Assembly: GCA_051867875.1 (NCBI GenBank)
Contig: JBJDZG010000026.1
Span: 42,071-106,070 of the forward strand
Direction: 5' to 3'
Length of the DNA: 64,000 nt
Source: Eubacteriales bacterium
Lineage (GTDB): Bacteria > Bacillota > Clostridia > Oscillospirales > CAG-272
Shown: piece by piece, positions 63,025-64,000 of the stretch
How positions within the stretch are numbered: position 1 is the stretch's first letter
Layout of the letters: the number at the start of each line of letters is the position of its first letter
The notes under the pieces: model-generated
What the model was told of the DNA's origin: nothing
Seen by the model: the letters and a program-made list of their open reading frames with translations, nothing else
Databases searched by the model: none
Program-made: the position numbers and the translations under genes

Positions 63025-64000
63025 ATGAACAGGAAAATTTTATCTCTCCTTCTGTGCGTTGCGATGCTTCTCGGCTTGCTCGCTTCGTGCTCTTTCCTAT
63101 GCACAAGCAAATGCGAGATATGCGGCAAGTGCACTGACCCCGATTGCTCATTGTGCTCCGAAAAATGTCTCGGACACAGCGATACCCCCGGAACAATCGT
63201 CGGCGACAAGGTAGTAAAAGAAACCAGCCTCGTAACTTACGACGGTCCCGAAATCCTTGACTCATCAAGCGCAGTTTCGGTTAAGGTTGAAAATGAGGAG
63301 CTTTTCGTATTCGATACGAGAGTAAATCATCTTCGTTCCTTTACCTACGTTGCTCCCGAGACGATGAATCAGGTCGTTATATTCGACTTTGAAGGCAAGG
63401 TTACCGTAGAAGTCGTTGTCAACGGTGCAACGACTCTTACAGATGTTAAGGTAAGACCTCTTTCGACGGGTGTTGAGCCAGTAGTTGACAGTAACAAGAT
63501 AACTTTCACTCTTGAATACCCCACGAACTACGTTCTTGAATATGCAACCGCCGAGGGCGAGGACCCTGCTGACAATGCTCTTCACATTTTTGCAAACGAA
63601 ATTGAAGAAAAAACGATAACGCCCGACAACATTCCCGAAAACACTCTTTACATAGGTCCCGGTGTTTGGATGGCTAATTCTCTTCCCGTTCTCGGGGACA
63701 ATTCCACCGTCTACCTTGCAGGCGGTGCGGTAGTCTACGGACAGATTCGCACGAGCAACGCAAAGAATATCACCATCAAGGGACGCGGTGTTCTCTGCGG
63801 TTCGGTTTACGACAGAGAAAAAGCGAGTGAGTTCACTCTTCCCATAGAGCTTCAAAACTGCGACGGTGTCAAGATTGAAGATATCACAATTCTCGACCCT
63901 GCAGGTTGGGCAGTTACTCTTTACAAATGCAAAAACGTTGAAATAGACAACCTCAAAATTATTACCGCGCGTGCAAACGGAGACGGTATCAGCGTTCAGT
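63025..64000 (+). CDS. paralogous Cys-rich beta-helix lipoprotein (3' end outside the window)
   Basis: Absent from the track because no stop codon falls within the window. ATG 63025 has a GGAGA Shine-Dalgarno sequence. Translation: MNRKILSLLLCVAMLLGLLASCSFLCTSKCEICGKCTDPDCSLCSEKC...LDPAGWAVTLYKCKNVEIDNLKIITARANGDGISVQ, parallel to the 61189 gene. Confidence 0.78.
   Translation, partial: MNRKILSLLLCVAMLLGLLASCSFLCTSKCEICGKCTDPDCSLCSEKCLGHSDTPGTIVGDKVVKETSLVTYDGPEILDSSSAVSVKVENEELFVFDTRVNHLRSFTYVAPETMNQVVIFDFEGKVTVEVVVNGATTLTDVKVRPLSTGVEPVVDSNKITFTLEYPTNYVLEYATAEGEDPADNALHIFANEIEEKTITPDNIPENTLYIGPGVWMANSLPVLGDNSTVYLAGGAVVYGQIRTSNAKNITIKGRGVLCGSVYDREKASEFTLPIELQNCDGVKIEDITILDPAGWAVTLYKCKNVEIDNLKIITARANGDGISVQ

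Noticed and set aside
62973-63855. Minus-strand ORFs of 78, 81 and 196 aa at the right end of the window
   Set aside because: They lie antisense to a plus-strand gene starting at 63025. That gene is missing from the track only because it has no stop codon within the window. The plus frame is a close paralog of the 61189 gene.

Overview
This window is densely coding and looks like core chromosome of an anaerobic, spore-forming, probably gut-associated Clostridia-class Firmicute. That assignment is inferred from SpoIIID, dipicolinate synthase DpaAB, a Re-type citrate synthase operon, anaerobic ribonucleotide reductase NrdDG and a choloylglycine hydrolase. I call about 56 protein genes, 2 tRNAs (Thr-CGU, Arg-ACG), one probable Mn2+ (yybP-ykoY type) riboswitch, several sigma-A type promoters with operators, and many intrinsic terminators. 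Contents in order: oxidative TCA branch operon (citrate synthase, GntR, aconitase, IDH); a glycosyltransferase/nucleotidyltransferase/GalE/GalM block; spoIIID; ispE; an AI-2E transporter; a phosphosugar mutase; dpaAB; a compact type IV pilus operon; a choloylglycine hydrolase; a fused ABC-ATPase/FtsX permease; nrdDG; uxuAB; a MarR-controlled heterodimeric ABC exporter; asnA; rsmA; an M14 peptidase; an LRR surface protein; secA; trmL; mnmA; a riboswitch-controlled P-type ATPase; nifS-like and ynbB-like genes; three tandem M42 peptidases; murD; a divergent type IIA topoisomerase B subunit; a leaderless Cu/Zn SOD; a Xer-like recombinase; an esterase; and two paralogous beta-helix lipoproteins. 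I see no transposases, phage genes, CRISPR arrays or recognisable defence systems, and I cannot point to a clear novel multi-gene system. The most unusual items are: (1) a dyad-organised array of seven short stem-loops next to tRNA-Arg and a truncated four-helix-bundle (Avd/IVS-like) gene; (2) a minimal type IV pilus operon whose only PilM-like component is a composite 406-aa protein with an unassigned C-terminal module; (3) cysteine-rich modules in three predicted surface proteins; (4) the riboswitch/P-type ATPase pair. Several ORF-track starts were moved to internal start codons that have Shine-Dalgarno sequences. Two genes absent from the track because they run off the window edges were added.
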